Part shown: piece by piece, positions 37,008-47,475 of the stretch | How the letters are laid out: the number at the start of each line of letters is the position of its first letter | Numbering within the stretch: position 1 is the first letter of the stretch | Sequence record: SRR31156797_11538 | Length of the DNA stretch: 62,838 nucleotides | Direction: 5' to 3' (one strand) | Translations under genes and position numbers: made by a program | The notes under the pieces: model-generated | The model's database searches: none | What the model was told of the DNA's origin: nothing | Seen by the model: only the letters and a program-made list of their open reading frames with translations

Positions 37008-38030
37008 ATGTATTCGGATATTATTGCTGAACAAAAGAAAAAATACGGCAAAAGACTGGCTATTCTGGGACACCATTACCAGTCCGATGAAATCATAAAA
37101 CATACCGATCTTAAGGGCGATTCTCTGGAACTGGCCCGCCAAATCGAGAAGCTGGAAGCAGAATACATTGTATTCTGCGGTGTCCACTTCATGGCTGAAT
37201 CCGCTGCAATCGTGCGCCGGGAAAACCAGAAGGTCTATATTCCCGATGCCAACGCAGGCTGTGTAATGGCCAATATGGCCCCGGCATGGCTGGTAGACAA
37301 AGTGCTGACCAGAATCATAAATGAGACCGGAAGAAAAATTATTCCACTCGCTTACGTGAACACTCCTGCTGCGGTGAAAACCGTTTGCGGTAAACACGGA
37401 GGAACAGTCTGCACTTCCGCCAACGCTGAAAAGATGCTCCGCTGGGCGCAGGAGCAAGGGGACGCTGTACTCTTCCTGCCGGACAAGAACCTTGCACACA
37501 ACACTGCCGACACTCTTGGCATTGCTCCGGAAAAACGCATGATCCTTAACATCCGTTCTCTGGGAACACAGATTGATGTTAATGAAACCATGGACAAGGA
37601 GTTGTTGATCTGGCCCGGCCTTTGTGCCATTCATCAGCGTTTCAAACTGTCCCAGATTGAGGATTTTCGCGCGAAACATCCTGGCTGCAAAGTAATTGTC
37701 CATCCTGAATGCCCGCCTGAATTGGTACAGGCTTCTGACGGTGCCGGCTCCACTTCATATCTCATTAAATATGTGAATGAAGCACCTGAAGGTTCCACCA
37801 TCGTGGTCGGCACGGAAACCAACCTTGTCAACAGGTTAAAGGATATGTTTCCTGAAAAAAACATCCTCCCGCTGGGCATCAGCTTCTGCAGCAACATGGC
37901 CAAAATCACAGAAAAAAATCTTGCTGAACTTCTCCAGAATCTGGAAACAGCTACTTACGAAGATGTTTCCGATGATATCCGGGAACCGGCAAGACTAGCT
38001 CTCGAAAGAATGCTCGAAGTCTGCAAATAA
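37008..38030 (+). CDS. nadA: Quinolinate synthase
   Basis: LGHHYQ, GDSLEL, FCGVHFMAES, AGC-MA, YVN, CTSANA, C-IH, HPEC and C-NM motifs. Confidence 0.96.
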   Translation: MYSDIIAEQKKKYGKRLAILGHHYQSDEIIKHTDLKGDSLELARQIEKLEAEYIVFCGVHFMAESAAIVRRENQKVYIPDANAGCVMANMAPAWLVDKVLTRIINETGRKIIPLAYVNTPAAVKTVCGKHGGTVCTSANAEKMLRWAQEQGDAVLFLPDKNLAHNTADTLGIAPEKRMILNIRSLGTQIDVNETMDKELLIWPGLCAIHQRFKLSQIEDFRAKHPGCKVIVHPECPPELVQASDGAGSTSYLIKYVNEAPEGSTIVVGTETNLVNRLKDMFPEKNILPLGISFCSNMAKITEKNLAELLQNLETATYEDVSDDIREPARLALERMLEVCK

Positions 38031-38089
38031 ATTATTGACCCAACCTTTAGCCGGAACCTGAAAAGGCTGCCGTGAAATGAGATATAGGC

Positions 38090-39685
38090 ATGCAGGAAAA
38101 CCGAATGAAAACTGAGGTTTTGATTATCGGATCAGGTATCGCCGGATGTATATCAGCTCTGACGATAGCAGAAAAAGGTATAGAAGTTACACTATTAACC
38201 CCGGGAGATGATCTTTTCACCGGTAACACAAGACTGGCCCAAGGCGGTATTGTTTACACCGGTCCGGATGACTCTTCTAAAAAACTGGAAAAGGATATCA
38301 ACACTGCCGGTTGGAATTACAACAACAAGAAGGCAGTGCGGACAATAGCCAAACATGGCCCCGAAGCTTTGAAAAAGCTGCTGCTGGAAAAATATCCGAT
38401 TCCATTTCATAAGGATGATAATGGTGAATTCAGCCTGACCAAAGAAGGTGGTCACGCTGTTAACCGTATCCTTTATTGTGCTGACCATACCGGACAGTCG
38501 ATCATGGATGTGCTCATCAAGCATGTGGCCAATCATCCTTACATACGAATCTGTACCAACAGAACCGCCATTGACCTTTTGACCAACCATCACCATGCCC
38601 GGCAAAATGAGTTCAAATACTCCTTGAGCAATAAATGTCTCGGCGCATATGTGTATAATGAATCGCGAAACATGGTGGAAACCTTCTTGGCCGATTTTAC
38701 CGTTCTTGCCACAGGCGGATTGGGACAAATCTACCTGCACACCACCAATACCCCCGGTTCCATCGGTTCCGGCATAGCCATGGCCAACCGCGCCAAGGCA
38801 AGGGTGATCAATGCTGAAATGGTCCAGTTCCACCCCACTTCTTTCTTCCAGCGGGTACGTACTAGGGCCAGCCGCCGCTTCCTGATTTCAGAAGCTGTAC
38901 GCGGAGAAGGTGCAAAGCTGATCAACTGCTACGGCGAACCGTTCATGCACCGCTATGATCCCCGTGGCGATCTTGCTCCCCGTGATATTGTCACCCGTTC
39001 CATCCTTGAAGAAATGCTCAGGACCAAGGAAGAATGCGTTTACCTTGATGCAGCGAACCATGTAAAACAGGACCTGCCCACAAGGTTTCCGACCATTTAC
39101 GGCAAATGCCTTGATAATGGTATCGATATCAACAACCAGCCTATTCCGGTTGTTCCTGCTGCTCACTACTTCTGTGGTGGTGTGCTTGTTGATGAAAAAG
39201 GTAAATCCACCTTGGACCGCCTTTATGCCATCGGCGAATGCTCCTGCACCGGAGTACATGGCGGCAACCGCCTTGCCAGTACGTCATTACTGGAAGGCAT
39301 GCTCTGGGGCTATACTTCAGGTGAAGATATCTCTTCACGTCTGGAGCGAAAATCCAGAATTCCCAAGAAGCTGCTCAATGCAGTCCCTGACTGGGAAAAC
39401 CCCGGTTCCAACGAAAATGAAGACCCTGCTCTCATTGCTCAGGACTGGGCTTTTATCCGCAACGTCATGTGGAACTACGTGGGTATCACCCGCTCCACAG
39501 CTCGTTTGAACCGGGCCATTGACGATCTGCAAAACCTGAATCGCAACCTGCATTCATTCTATAAACGCACCCCCATCAGCAGGCCTATTATTGACCTGTT
39601 CCACGGCAGCCAAGCAGCACTGACTGTAACGCTCGCCGCTCTACGCAATAAAGACAGCGTAGGTTGCCACTACCGCATAGATTAA
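38090..39685 (+). CDS. nadB: L-aspartate oxidase
   Basis: IIGSGIAG, LAQGGI, EGGH, VQFHPT, LISEAVRGEG, LAPRDIV, PAAHYFCGG and HGGNRLASTSLLE motifs; in an operon with nadC and nadA. Confidence 0.95.
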   Translation: MQENRMKTEVLIIGSGIAGCISALTIAEKGIEVTLLTPGDDLFTGNTRLAQGGIVYTGPDDSSKKLEKDINTAGWNYNNKKAVRTIAKHGPEALKKLLLEKYPIPFHKDDNGEFSLTKEGGHAVNRILYCADHTGQSIMDVLIKHVANHPYIRICTNRTAIDLLTNHHHARQNEFKYSLSNKCLGAYVYNESRNMVETFLADFTVLATGGLGQIYLHTTNTPGSIGSGIAMANRAKARVINAEMVQFHPTSFFQRVRTRASRRFLISEAVRGEGAKLINCYGEPFMHRYDPRGDLAPRDIVTRSILEEMLRTKEECVYLDAANHVKQDLPTRFPTIYGKCLDNGIDINNQPIPVVPAAHYFCGGVLVDEKGKSTLDRLYAIGECSCTGVHGGNRLASTSLLEGMLWGYTSGEDISSRLERKSRIPKKLLNAVPDWENPGSNENEDPALIAQDWAFIRNVMWNYVGITRSTARLNRAIDDLQNLNRNLHSFYKRTPISRPIIDLFHGSQAALTVTLAALRNKDSVGCHYRID

Positions 39686-39690
39686 AAATG

Positions 39691-39720
39691 AAAGGGGAAG
39701 CTTGAAGCTTCCCCTTTTTT
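39691..39720. terminator. Bidirectional terminator between nadB and the FkbM-like gene
   Basis: AAAGGGGAAGC/GCTTCCCCTTT plus T-tract. Confidence 0.8.
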
Positions 39721-40862
39721 TATTTATTAAATTTTTCTTCTGGTATGGCGTAAAAAACGCTTTCATCCAAACCTTTGGAATAATGCCCTATCTTGAACAC
39801 ATAATCTTCCATCTGCTTCATCAGCATCAGCGGAATTTCGAGAAACTGTTCTTTTGAATGATAGAAACAGATAGCCAATTGCGGCCGATCCCGCTTAATG
39901 ATTTTCATTGCCCCTTCCAGCATAGGAATTTCCGAATTCTCAATATCGGCAATAAGCAGGTCCAGCCGGGGAATGGAAAGCCTTTCAGCTTCGTCATCCA
40001 AGGTTACAAGTTGGACAGCTTCTGAATCCTGACATTCGGCAAGACCTCTAACAAAGCTGGCACTGCCGTCGAAAGCAAAATTAGCATTAGCTTCACAATT
40101 CCAAAGTCCCTTTTGGATCAAATAAAATTTGCCTGATTTCTCTAATGTCTGCTGAGTTTTAGAACTGAACGCGGAATTACCCTGAGGGTCAAATCCGTAA
40201 AGCATTTTGATCTGTTCTAACTCAATTAAGGAAAGAGCCTCACTCCCGTCATAGACTCCGGCTTGTACAGCATATTCAATTGCAGGCAAATTTAAGAAAT
40301 CTAAATAACTAGTTGCGATATGACTAGGGAATTTTTGAACTAAGGTATCAGAATCTTTTAAAAAATAACTCCAAATACTACCCATCTGACGCAACTCAAC
40401 TTTATTTGACCCAACAATTCTTGCTTCATACAAAAATTTGAACAAAGCACGATCATTGTCAGAATTCAGCTTGTCAGAAATAAATTTTATATTTTCACCT
40501 AAACTGGAAAGTTCATCTGGCAAAAATTGGTAACCATAAAATTTAGGCCATGAAAATCCGACAGCATTCATGATTCCCAATGAATTAAGATTAACTATGA
40601 TTTCAGGATAGTAACAAGAACAGACCAGAATCAGGTCATATTCATCTTTACGCTCCACAAGAGTTTGCGGACTGAAAATTTCAAACCTTGCAAATGAGCC
40701 GGACTGAAAGGTATCAGCAAAACAGACAACTTTCACATCAGGCCTAATCTGACGAAGTAATTTGAGTGACTCTGCCCCCCCATTTCCGATACCGTATAAA
40801 CAGACTCTGCTGTTATCAGGTATGCCTGTATAATCTATATATCTGATATCGGTTTCATTCAT
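39720..40862 (-). CDS. FkbM-family methyltransferase-like protein with N-terminal Rossmann-like domain
   Basis: LYGIGNGG N-domain; GLW, VTLDD, DIE-SE-LEGA-I-RDRPQLAICFYH and HYS-ESVFYA tail. Confidence 0.8.
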   Translation of the reverse strand: MNETDIRYIDYTGIPDNSRVCLYGIGNGGAESLKLLRQIRPDVKVVCFADTFQSGSFARFEIFSPQTLVERKDEYDLILVCSCYYPEIIVNLNSLGIMNAVGFSWPKFYGYQFLPDELSSLGENIKFISDKLNSDNDRALFKFLYEARIVGSNKVELRQMGSIWSYFLKDSDTLVQKFPSHIATSYLDFLNLPAIEYAVQAGVYDGSEALSLIELEQIKMLYGFDPQGNSAFSSKTQQTLEKSGKFYLIQKGLWNCEANANFAFDGSASFVRGLAECQDSEAVQLVTLDDEAERLSIPRLDLLIADIENSEIPMLEGAMKIIKRDRPQLAICFYHSKEQFLEIPLMLMKQMEDYVFKIGHYSKGLDESVFYAIPEEKFNK

Positions 40863-40883
40863 ATGCTTAATGGGTGAGCTGTT

Positions 40884-42338
40884 CTATTTCCTCCAGAACT
40901 CAGGAACGCAAAGCACAATCACGGTATAAATTTCAAGACGGCCAAGCAGCATGCAGAAAATAAGTGCCCATTTACCCAGTTCGGGAATGTGGGCGTAGTT
41001 TTCGGTAGGACCAACGCTGCCAATACCGGGACCTATATTACCGATGCAGGCTAGGGATGCAGCAAAGGATGAAACAACATCCACTCCGGTGGTAGCGACA
41101 ATTAATCCGCAGATAACGAAAAGCAGTAACCAGAGTACGAAGAATCCGAGGATGTCGTTCATGGTTTCAGGCTTGACCACAGTCTTACCCAGCTTGACTC
41201 GATTTACAGAACGAGGATGAATAATGCGGAAAACTTCCTGATATGCCTGCTTCAGGAGCAGCATGATGCGCAGGTGTTTCATACCACCACTAGTGGATCC
41301 GGCACAACCGCCGAGAAACATACAAAGAAGCAGCAACCCCTGTGCAACGGCAGGCCAGATTTCATAATCCGCGGTAGCGTATCCGGTGGTACTGATGATG
41401 GATGCGACCTGAAATGAGGTATAACGAAAAGAATCTGAAATAGAATCGTAATTAGTAGCAGAGTAAACTGAGATGGTTATAATCGCGACAATTACGAGAG
41501 TGATAACTCCGAAAAATCTGAACTCTGGATCTTTCCAAAGCAGCAGTGGGCGGCCTTTGATCATCTGGTAATGAAGGCTGAAATTCACAGCTGCAACGAG
41601 CATAAAAAATGTAATTACATAATCAATATAAGCGCTTTGAAAATAAGCCACAGATGAATTCTTAGTGGAAAAACCGCCGGTAGCAAGGGTGCCGAATGTA
41701 TGGCAGAGGGAATCAAAAAAATCCATGCCGCCGAACATCAGTAGGGCCGCTTCAATAGCGGAAAAAAGAACATAAACCTTCCAAAGTACCATTGCGGTAT
41801 CTTTGATGCGCGGCTTAAGTTTATCCGGTACCGGGCCGGGGACTTCTGCCTTGTAAAGCTGCATCCCTCCTACTCCGAGGAAAGGCAAAATCGCCAGCGA
41901 AAGCACGATGATTCCCATACCGCCCAGCCAATGGGTCAAGCTGCGCCAGAAAAGAATACCTTTAGCATTCTTTTCGATGTCCATCATCACCGAGGCTCCG
42001 GTGGTAGTAAAACCGGACAGAGATTCAAAAAAACAATCTACATAGCTGGTGAATACATCACCAAAATAAAACGGCAGGCTGCCAAAAAAACCAGCAAAGA
42101 CCCAGCCCAAAGCAACAATTGCCATACCTTCACGATGGCTAAGCCCCCTAGTTCCTTCACGGTCTAAGAAAATCAGGAATAGAGCCAGTCCGCTGATGCA
42201 GGTTAACCCAAAAGATTTAAGCAGTGGCAGAATTCCCGCATCCTGATAGTAGAGTGAAAATCCCAGCGGGAAAAGCATGGTCAGCCCTACGCAAAGCGTC
42301 AAAGCTCCGATGATGTGCAGAACTATTTTCCAACGCAT
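40884..42338 (-). CDS. trkH: Trk K+ uptake membrane subunit
   Basis: FESLSGFTTTGAS, WLGGMGIIV, ATGGFS, STTGYA, GSTSGGMK, GNIGPG and MLLGRLE motifs. Confidence 0.96.
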   Translation of the reverse strand: MRWKIVLHIIGALTLCVGLTMLFPLGFSLYYQDAGILPLLKSFGLTCISGLALFLIFLDREGTRGLSHREGMAIVALGWVFAGFFGSLPFYFGDVFTSYVDCFFESLSGFTTTGASVMMDIEKNAKGILFWRSLTHWLGGMGIIVLSLAILPFLGVGGMQLYKAEVPGPVPDKLKPRIKDTAMVLWKVYVLFSAIEAALLMFGGMDFFDSLCHTFGTLATGGFSTKNSSVAYFQSAYIDYVITFFMLVAAVNFSLHYQMIKGRPLLLWKDPEFRFFGVITLVIVAIITISVYSATNYDSISDSFRYTSFQVASIISTTGYATADYEIWPAVAQGLLLLCMFLGGCAGSTSGGMKHLRIMLLLKQAYQEVFRIIHPRSVNRVKLGKTVVKPETMNDILGFFVLWLLLFVICGLIVATTGVDVVSSFAASLACIGNIGPGIGSVGPTENYAHIPELGKWALIFCMLLGRLEIYTVIVLCVPEFWRK

Positions 42339-43705
42339 TAATAAAGCTCCAGCTTGGTGGTAAGAGCCTTCTCAATTTTGGGAATATTATTGTGGGTGGA
42401 AATAATAAGCAGTCGATCATTCGGCTCGATCACAGTCAAACCTGTGGGAATGATAACGTCATCACCGCGCTGGAAACAGAGAATCAGTGTTCCTTTAGGA
42501 AGATTCAGTTCCATTATCGGCTTACCCACAATATCAGACTTCTCTTGCGCAATGGCTTCAAGAGCTTCGGCCTCTTCGCCCTTGATGGAGACTGCGGAAA
42601 TAACTTTACCCTGCCGAACAAAATGCAGAATTGAGTTAATAGCAGAAAGACGCGGACAAACCAGATGGTCGATACCGATGGGCTGAATCAGGGGGATGTA
42701 GGCAAATTTATTAATGCGGGTAATGGTCTTGCGTGCACCGAGATTCTTGGCCAGTAAGCAAGAAAGGATATTCATTTCTTCATCCCCGGTCACGGAAATA
42801 ACCATATCCAGATCACCGACATTTTCCTCGTTGAGAAGATCCTGATCAGTGCCGTCGCCATTAAGAACAATGACCCGGTCAAGAGTCTCAGACAAATCAG
42901 CACAACGATCAGCATCATTGTCAATGAGACGAGTATGGTATTTTTTGTTGTCCAGAGCGCGGGCAAGCAGCGAACCTACATTTCCACCACCCACAATCAG
43001 AACTTTCTTAATAGGATCGGATAAAATTCCGGCACGTTGAAGCAACTCATTTTGCTGATCGCGCATGCAGGTAAAATAAACTATATCGCCTTTCTCAATG
43101 GTATCCAGACCACCCGGAATAATCAGCTGGTCGTCCCTGACAAGGGCGGCAATAACAACATCAATATCTTCACCCAGCTGTTCACGCACTTTCATGAGCT
43201 GGACACCTTCAAGGGGGCTGTCATCAGGCAGTTTCACCCCGATCAGACGCACTTTGCCGCCCACAAAGTCATTTATTTCCACCGATCCGGGAACACTCAT
43301 GACCCTAAGGATTGATTCAACAACCTCTTCGTCCGGGTTGATGATGGTATCGATACGCAGATCCCCTTCAGAAAACATGTCGGAATATTTAGTGTAATCC
43401 TCATTCCTGATACGGGCCAGCTTGATGATACCGGGCTTAAGCTTATTGGCGAGAAAAGTTGAGATGAGATTGATTTCATCCTTATCCGTCACTGCCATAA
43501 AAATATCCGCTTCACGAACTCCGGCTTCTTCCAGAATTTCAGGACTAGAACCGGAACCTTGAATCGTCTGGACATCCAGAGAATCGGAAACCTTGCTAAG
43601 AGCTTTCGGATTCATGTCAATTACGACAACATCCTTGTTCTCACCGGAAAGACGTCTGGCTACATTAAAACCAACTTCTCCGGCGCCTACTATGATAACT
43701 CTCAA
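42338..43705 (-). CDS. trkA: Trk K+ uptake NAD-binding subunit (two RCK domains)
   Basis: IIVGAGEVG and LIVGGGNVG Rossmann motifs; overlaps the trkH start. Confidence 0.96.
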   Translation of the reverse strand: MRVIIVGAGEVGFNVARRLSGENKDVVVIDMNPKALSKVSDSLDVQTIQGSGSSPEILEEAGVREADIFMAVTDKDEINLISTFLANKLKPGIIKLARIRNEDYTKYSDMFSEGDLRIDTIINPDEEVVESILRVMSVPGSVEINDFVGGKVRLIGVKLPDDSPLEGVQLMKVREQLGEDIDVVIAALVRDDQLIIPGGLDTIEKGDIVYFTCMRDQQNELLQRAGILSDPIKKVLIVGGGNVGSLLARALDNKKYHTRLIDNDADRCADLSETLDRVIVLNGDGTDQDLLNEENVGDLDMVISVTGDEEMNILSCLLAKNLGARKTITRINKFAYIPLIQPIGIDHLVCPRLSAINSILHFVRQGKVISAVSIKGEEAEALEAIAQEKSDIVGKPIMELNLPKGTLILCFQRGDDVIIPTGLTVIEPNDRLLIISTHNNIPKIEKALTTKLELY

Positions 43706-43826
43706 AAGTTACTCCTTGCGCATTACATCTGGCATAGACAGAAAAGTACTGTTGAAATCAATAGTTGCTTATAACTGGATAGTTTAAATTCAGCAACAAT
43801 AACTTTTTTCAAAGTGCAAAGAACGT

Positions 43827-43855
43827 AAAAAGCCCGTCGCACAAAGCGACGGGCT
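43827..43855 (-). terminator. Terminator after rpsT
   Basis: AGCCCGTCGC/GCGACGGGCT stem with an A-tract. Confidence 0.8.
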
Positions 43856-43892
43856 AAAATGGTCTTGTAAAGAATAGAATCTTTTTAGGACA

Positions 43893-44156
43893 CTAAGCCA
43901 TTTTGTTAACGGCTGCGCTGAGACGGGAAATCCTGCGTGCTGCTGCACGAGCGTGGATTACCTTTTTGGTAGCTGCTTTATCGAGGATAGAAGTAGCTTT
44001 ACGCAGTGTGGTTGCTGCGAGTTCGGTGTCGTTAGCTTCAACAGCGGAACGAACTTCTTTTACAACGTTTTTGATACGGGTACGTACCATGTTGTTGCGC
44101 ATGTTGCGTTTAATGCTCTGACGGTGTCTTTTGAGTGCGGACTTATGATTCGCCAA
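43893..44156 (-). CDS. rpsT: 30S ribosomal protein S20 (TTG start)
   Basis: [14 protein letters not shown]...N...[10 protein letters not shown]. Confidence 0.98.
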   Translation of the reverse strand: MANHKSALKRHRQSIKRNMRNNMVRTRIKNVVKEVRSAVEANDTELAATTLRKATSILDKAATKKVIHARAAARRISRLSAAVNKMA

Positions 44157-44337
44157 GGTATTTCTCCTTAAAATTAAATTTCTATTTTTTTAACCCGGTT
44201 AACCGGGATTGCGTTCAATCGAAGAGTGTCTGTAACCAAAAACAGAGCTAACTGTCAAGGTTAGATAGCATTTTTTTCCAAGAAAAAATATAGAAAAAAA
44301 TGTTTTCGCAAACTCTCTTTGACTCGGAGCCTGCAAA

Positions 44338-46431
44338 TTAGACCTGCAATGCTCCGAAATCAGCCAGTCTGCTGAGTCTGTCTACCAGAGCTTTAAGCAG
44401 ATTGAGACGGTTCATTCTAAGGCCCTTGTCTTCGCAGATAACCATTACATTATCAAAGAAATCGTCAACATAGGGACGCAGTTCGCCGAGGATTGCGAAC
44501 AGTTTAGAAAACTCGTCATTTTCCCAGAGCTCCTCAAAACGGGCTGCGGTTTCATCAAGCTTGGCTGCAAGTTCTTTCTCTTGCGCTTCTTCCAACTTAT
44601 CAACTTCAAAACCGCCAGTGAGCGACACACCTTGCTCACTGCCCTGCTTTTTGATGATGTTGGCAGCACGCTTGAAAGTAAGCACGGCCTGTTCGAAACC
44701 TTCAGTCTTAGCGAATTCAGCCAACGCTTCGACTCTAGCCTTAAGAGCAGTAACGTCACGGTAGCCGGCACCAAGAGCTGCATCAACAACCCTTGTTTCA
44801 TAGCCTTTACCAGTGAAGTAGGCACGGAGTCTGTTGGAAATGAACTCTCCAAGTTTTTCGAGGAGTTCAGACTTTTCAAGTTTCCACTTGATATCTTTGG
44901 AATAACCTTCATAGGCCATATCCATGATTTCAAGGATGTCAACTCTCAAGTCATATTGTATAATCATGCGCACGATACCCAGAGCGGCGCGCCGCAGCGC
45001 GTAGGTATCATTTGCGCCAGTGGGGATCTTATTCAGACCGAAGCAACCGACCAGAGTGTCAGCCTTATCGGACATGGAAACAATCACACCGCCGAGAGTG
45101 GAAGGCACAGGGCTTTCTGGTCCGGCAGGCAGATATTGTTCATAGAGGGCCTTACAGACAACATCATCTTCGCCGCACTTAGTAGCGTAGATGCCGCCCA
45201 TTTTACCCTGAAGTTTATCAAACTCGTTAACCATTTCGGAAACGAGATCGGCCTTAGCGAGACGTCCCGCACGGGCCATCTCAGTTTGCAGAGAAGCATC
45301 AGTCTTGCCGGCGATCAATGCGGCAAGGCGCTCCATCCTGCGGGACTTGTCGCCCATGGAGCCCAAAGGACCGAGGAACACAACGTTGTCCAGTTTGGCA
45401 AGCCAGGTGTCAAAGTCGGTCTTGAGGTCATTCTTCCAGAAGAAACGGCCATCTTCGAGTCTTGCTCGAAGAACCTTTTCCCAGCCCTTGCGAACCAGTT
45501 CTACATCAGTAGGTACAAGGTTCAGGGTACACAGGAAGTGCGGAAGCAGTTCGCCGTTTTCTTTCTGAATACCGAAACATTTCTGATGGCTTTCCATACT
45601 AGTCAGCAAAACTTCCTTGGGCAACTCGAGGAAAGACTCATCAAAATTACCGATGATGGGCACGGGAAGCTCAACAAGGTTGCTGACTTCTTCCAGCAGG
45701 GAATCCTTCCAGACCACGGAACCGCTGAGTTCTGAAGCAAGCTTGTTGCCTTCCTTGCGGACGTGCTCTCCTCTTGCTTCAGGGGAAATAATTACGGAAG
45801 ACTTATCCTTAATCACATCAAAGTAATCATCGGCAGAAGCAACTTCCCAAGGTCCGGCGCCCATTACGCGGTGACCGAAAGTCTGACGACCGGAAGGCAT
45901 ACCAGCCATTTCGAAGTCTACAACGTCAGTACCGAACAAGCAAAGCAGCCAGCGCAGTGGACGTCCGAAAGCGAAATCAAGGTTGCCCCATTTCATTTTC
46001 TTGGGGAAGGAAAGCTTTTTAATTGCAGTGACGCAAAGCTCAGGCAGGATAGAGATGGTTTCACCACCGCCAACGGTCTTCTTAGCTGCGAGGTAATCTC
46101 CTTTCCCGGTCTCGAGGGTGTAAATATCTTCAAGGGCAATACCCTGAGATTTTACAAAACCGGTGAGAGCCTTGGTGGGATTGCCATCAGCATCGTAAGC
46201 AATACGTGCCGGAGGGCCGGAAACTTCTTCTTCAACCTTTCTCTGCACTGCTGCCATATCTTTAACAAATACAGTCAAACGACGCGGAGTGGCATAAGTT
46301 TCGACACTTGCGTTATCAATCATGCTCTCTTCAAGAAGAGTGCTGAAAATATTTTTAATATCGATACCCAGCCGGGGAACAAAGCGGGCGGGCATCTCTT
46401 CAATTCCAATCTCGAGTATAAAATCGGCCAT
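44338..46431 (-). CDS. glyS: Glycine-tRNA ligase beta subunit
   Basis: LEIG-EEMP, TPRRL, FPKKMKWG, ARLEDG-FF, LAKADL-EF-LQG-MG and NRLNLL motifs. Confidence 0.96.
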   Translation of the reverse strand: MADFILEIGIEEMPARFVPRLGIDIKNIFSTLLEESMIDNASVETYATPRRLTVFVKDMAAVQRKVEEEVSGPPARIAYDADGNPTKALTGFVKSQGIALEDIYTLETGKGDYLAAKKTVGGGETISILPELCVTAIKKLSFPKKMKWGNLDFAFGRPLRWLLCLFGTDVVDFEMAGMPSGRQTFGHRVMGAGPWEVASADDYFDVIKDKSSVIISPEARGEHVRKEGNKLASELSGSVVWKDSLLEEVSNLVELPVPIIGNFDESFLELPKEVLLTSMESHQKCFGIQKENGELLPHFLCTLNLVPTDVELVRKGWEKVLRARLEDGRFFWKNDLKTDFDTWLAKLDNVVFLGPLGSMGDKSRRMERLAALIAGKTDASLQTEMARAGRLAKADLVSEMVNEFDKLQGKMGGIYATKCGEDDVVCKALYEQYLPAGPESPVPSTLGGVIVSMSDKADTLVGCFGLNKIPTGANDTYALRRAALGIVRMIIQYDLRVDILEIMDMAYEGYSKDIKWKLEKSELLEKLGEFISNRLRAYFTGKGYETRVVDAALGAGYRDVTALKARVEALAEFAKTEGFEQAVLTFKRAANIIKKQGSEQGVSLTGGFEVDKLEEAQEKELAAKLDETAARFEELWENDEFSKLFAILGELRPYVDDFFDNVMVICEDKGLRMNRLNLLKALVDRLSRLADFGALQV

Positions 46432-46447
46432 CTTAGCTTCCGTTTTT

Positions 46448-47320
46448 TTAATCGTTTTCAAGCATGGGGTAATTCAGGTTCTCGCGCTCTTCAGCATACA
46501 GCCTTGCTGCTGCAGAAGCGAGGTTACGAACTCTGCCGATGTAAGTCGCCCTTTCAGTGATGGAGATTGCTCCGCGGGCATCAAGCATGTTGAAGGTATG
46601 AGAACACTTCAGACAGTATTCGTATGCCGGCCGGGGCAGCCCTTCTTCACAGAGCTTCTTGCTTTCAGCTTCATATTTATCGAAGAGATCCAGCAGCATA
46701 TTGGCATCGCTGAGTTCAAAGTTATACTTGGACTGCTCCACCTCATTCTGGTGGAAAATCTGTCCGTAGGTAACCTTATCGTTCCATTTGAGGTCATAAA
46801 CAGACTCAACGCCCTGCAGGTACATACAGATACGCTCAAGGCCGTATGTGAGCTCGACAGAAACAGGCTTGAGATCAATACCGCCGACCTGCTGAAAATA
46901 GGTAAACTGGGTAACTTCCATACCGTTGAGCCATACTTCCCAGCCAAGGCCCCATGCACCGAGTGTGGGGGATTCCCAGTCATCCTCGACAAAACGGATG
47001 TCATGCTCTTTAGCGTCAATGCCGAGAATTTCAAGACTCTTAAGATAAAGATCCTGAACATCGTCAGGAGAAGGTTTCAGGATTACCTGAAACTGGAAGT
47101 AATGCTGCAGCCTGTTAGGGTTTTCACCATAACGACCGTCAGTGGGACGGCGGGAAGGCTCAACATATGCGGTATTCCACGGCTCAGGTCCGATTACGCG
47201 GAAAAAAGTTGAAGGGTTGAATGTGCCCGCACCGACCTCAATATCAAGAGGCTGGACAATGCAGCATCCGTAATCAGACCAAAAGTCCTGAAGTTTGAGT
47301 ATAACATCTTGAAAATTCAT
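46448..47320 (-). CDS. glyQ: Glycine-tRNA ligase alpha subunit
   Basis: [30 protein letters not shown] and [18 protein letters not shown] motifs. Confidence 0.98.
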   Translation of the reverse strand: MNFQDVILKLQDFWSDYGCCIVQPLDIEVGAGTFNPSTFFRVIGPEPWNTAYVEPSRRPTDGRYGENPNRLQHYFQFQVILKPSPDDVQDLYLKSLEILGIDAKEHDIRFVEDDWESPTLGAWGLGWEVWLNGMEVTQFTYFQQVGGIDLKPVSVELTYGLERICMYLQGVESVYDLKWNDKVTYGQIFHQNEVEQSKYNFELSDANMLLDLFDKYEAESKKLCEEGLPRPAYEYCLKCSHTFNMLDARGAISITERATYIGRVRNLASAAARLYAEERENLNYPMLEND

Positions 47321-47475
47321 CAAATTCCTCTCATCTAGCAAACAAACATTTGTATTGATTCATTTTCGTATTCTGCACCTTGCACAAATAGAAAATGTCC
47401 GGTTTACAAACAAATAAAACGCAGGACAGACAGAATCCATCCTGAACATACTGCCCTTACCGGGCAGAAAAAATT

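Noticed and set aside
43893-44156. TTG start of rpsT
   Set aside because: Already known for rpsT, including in E. coli.
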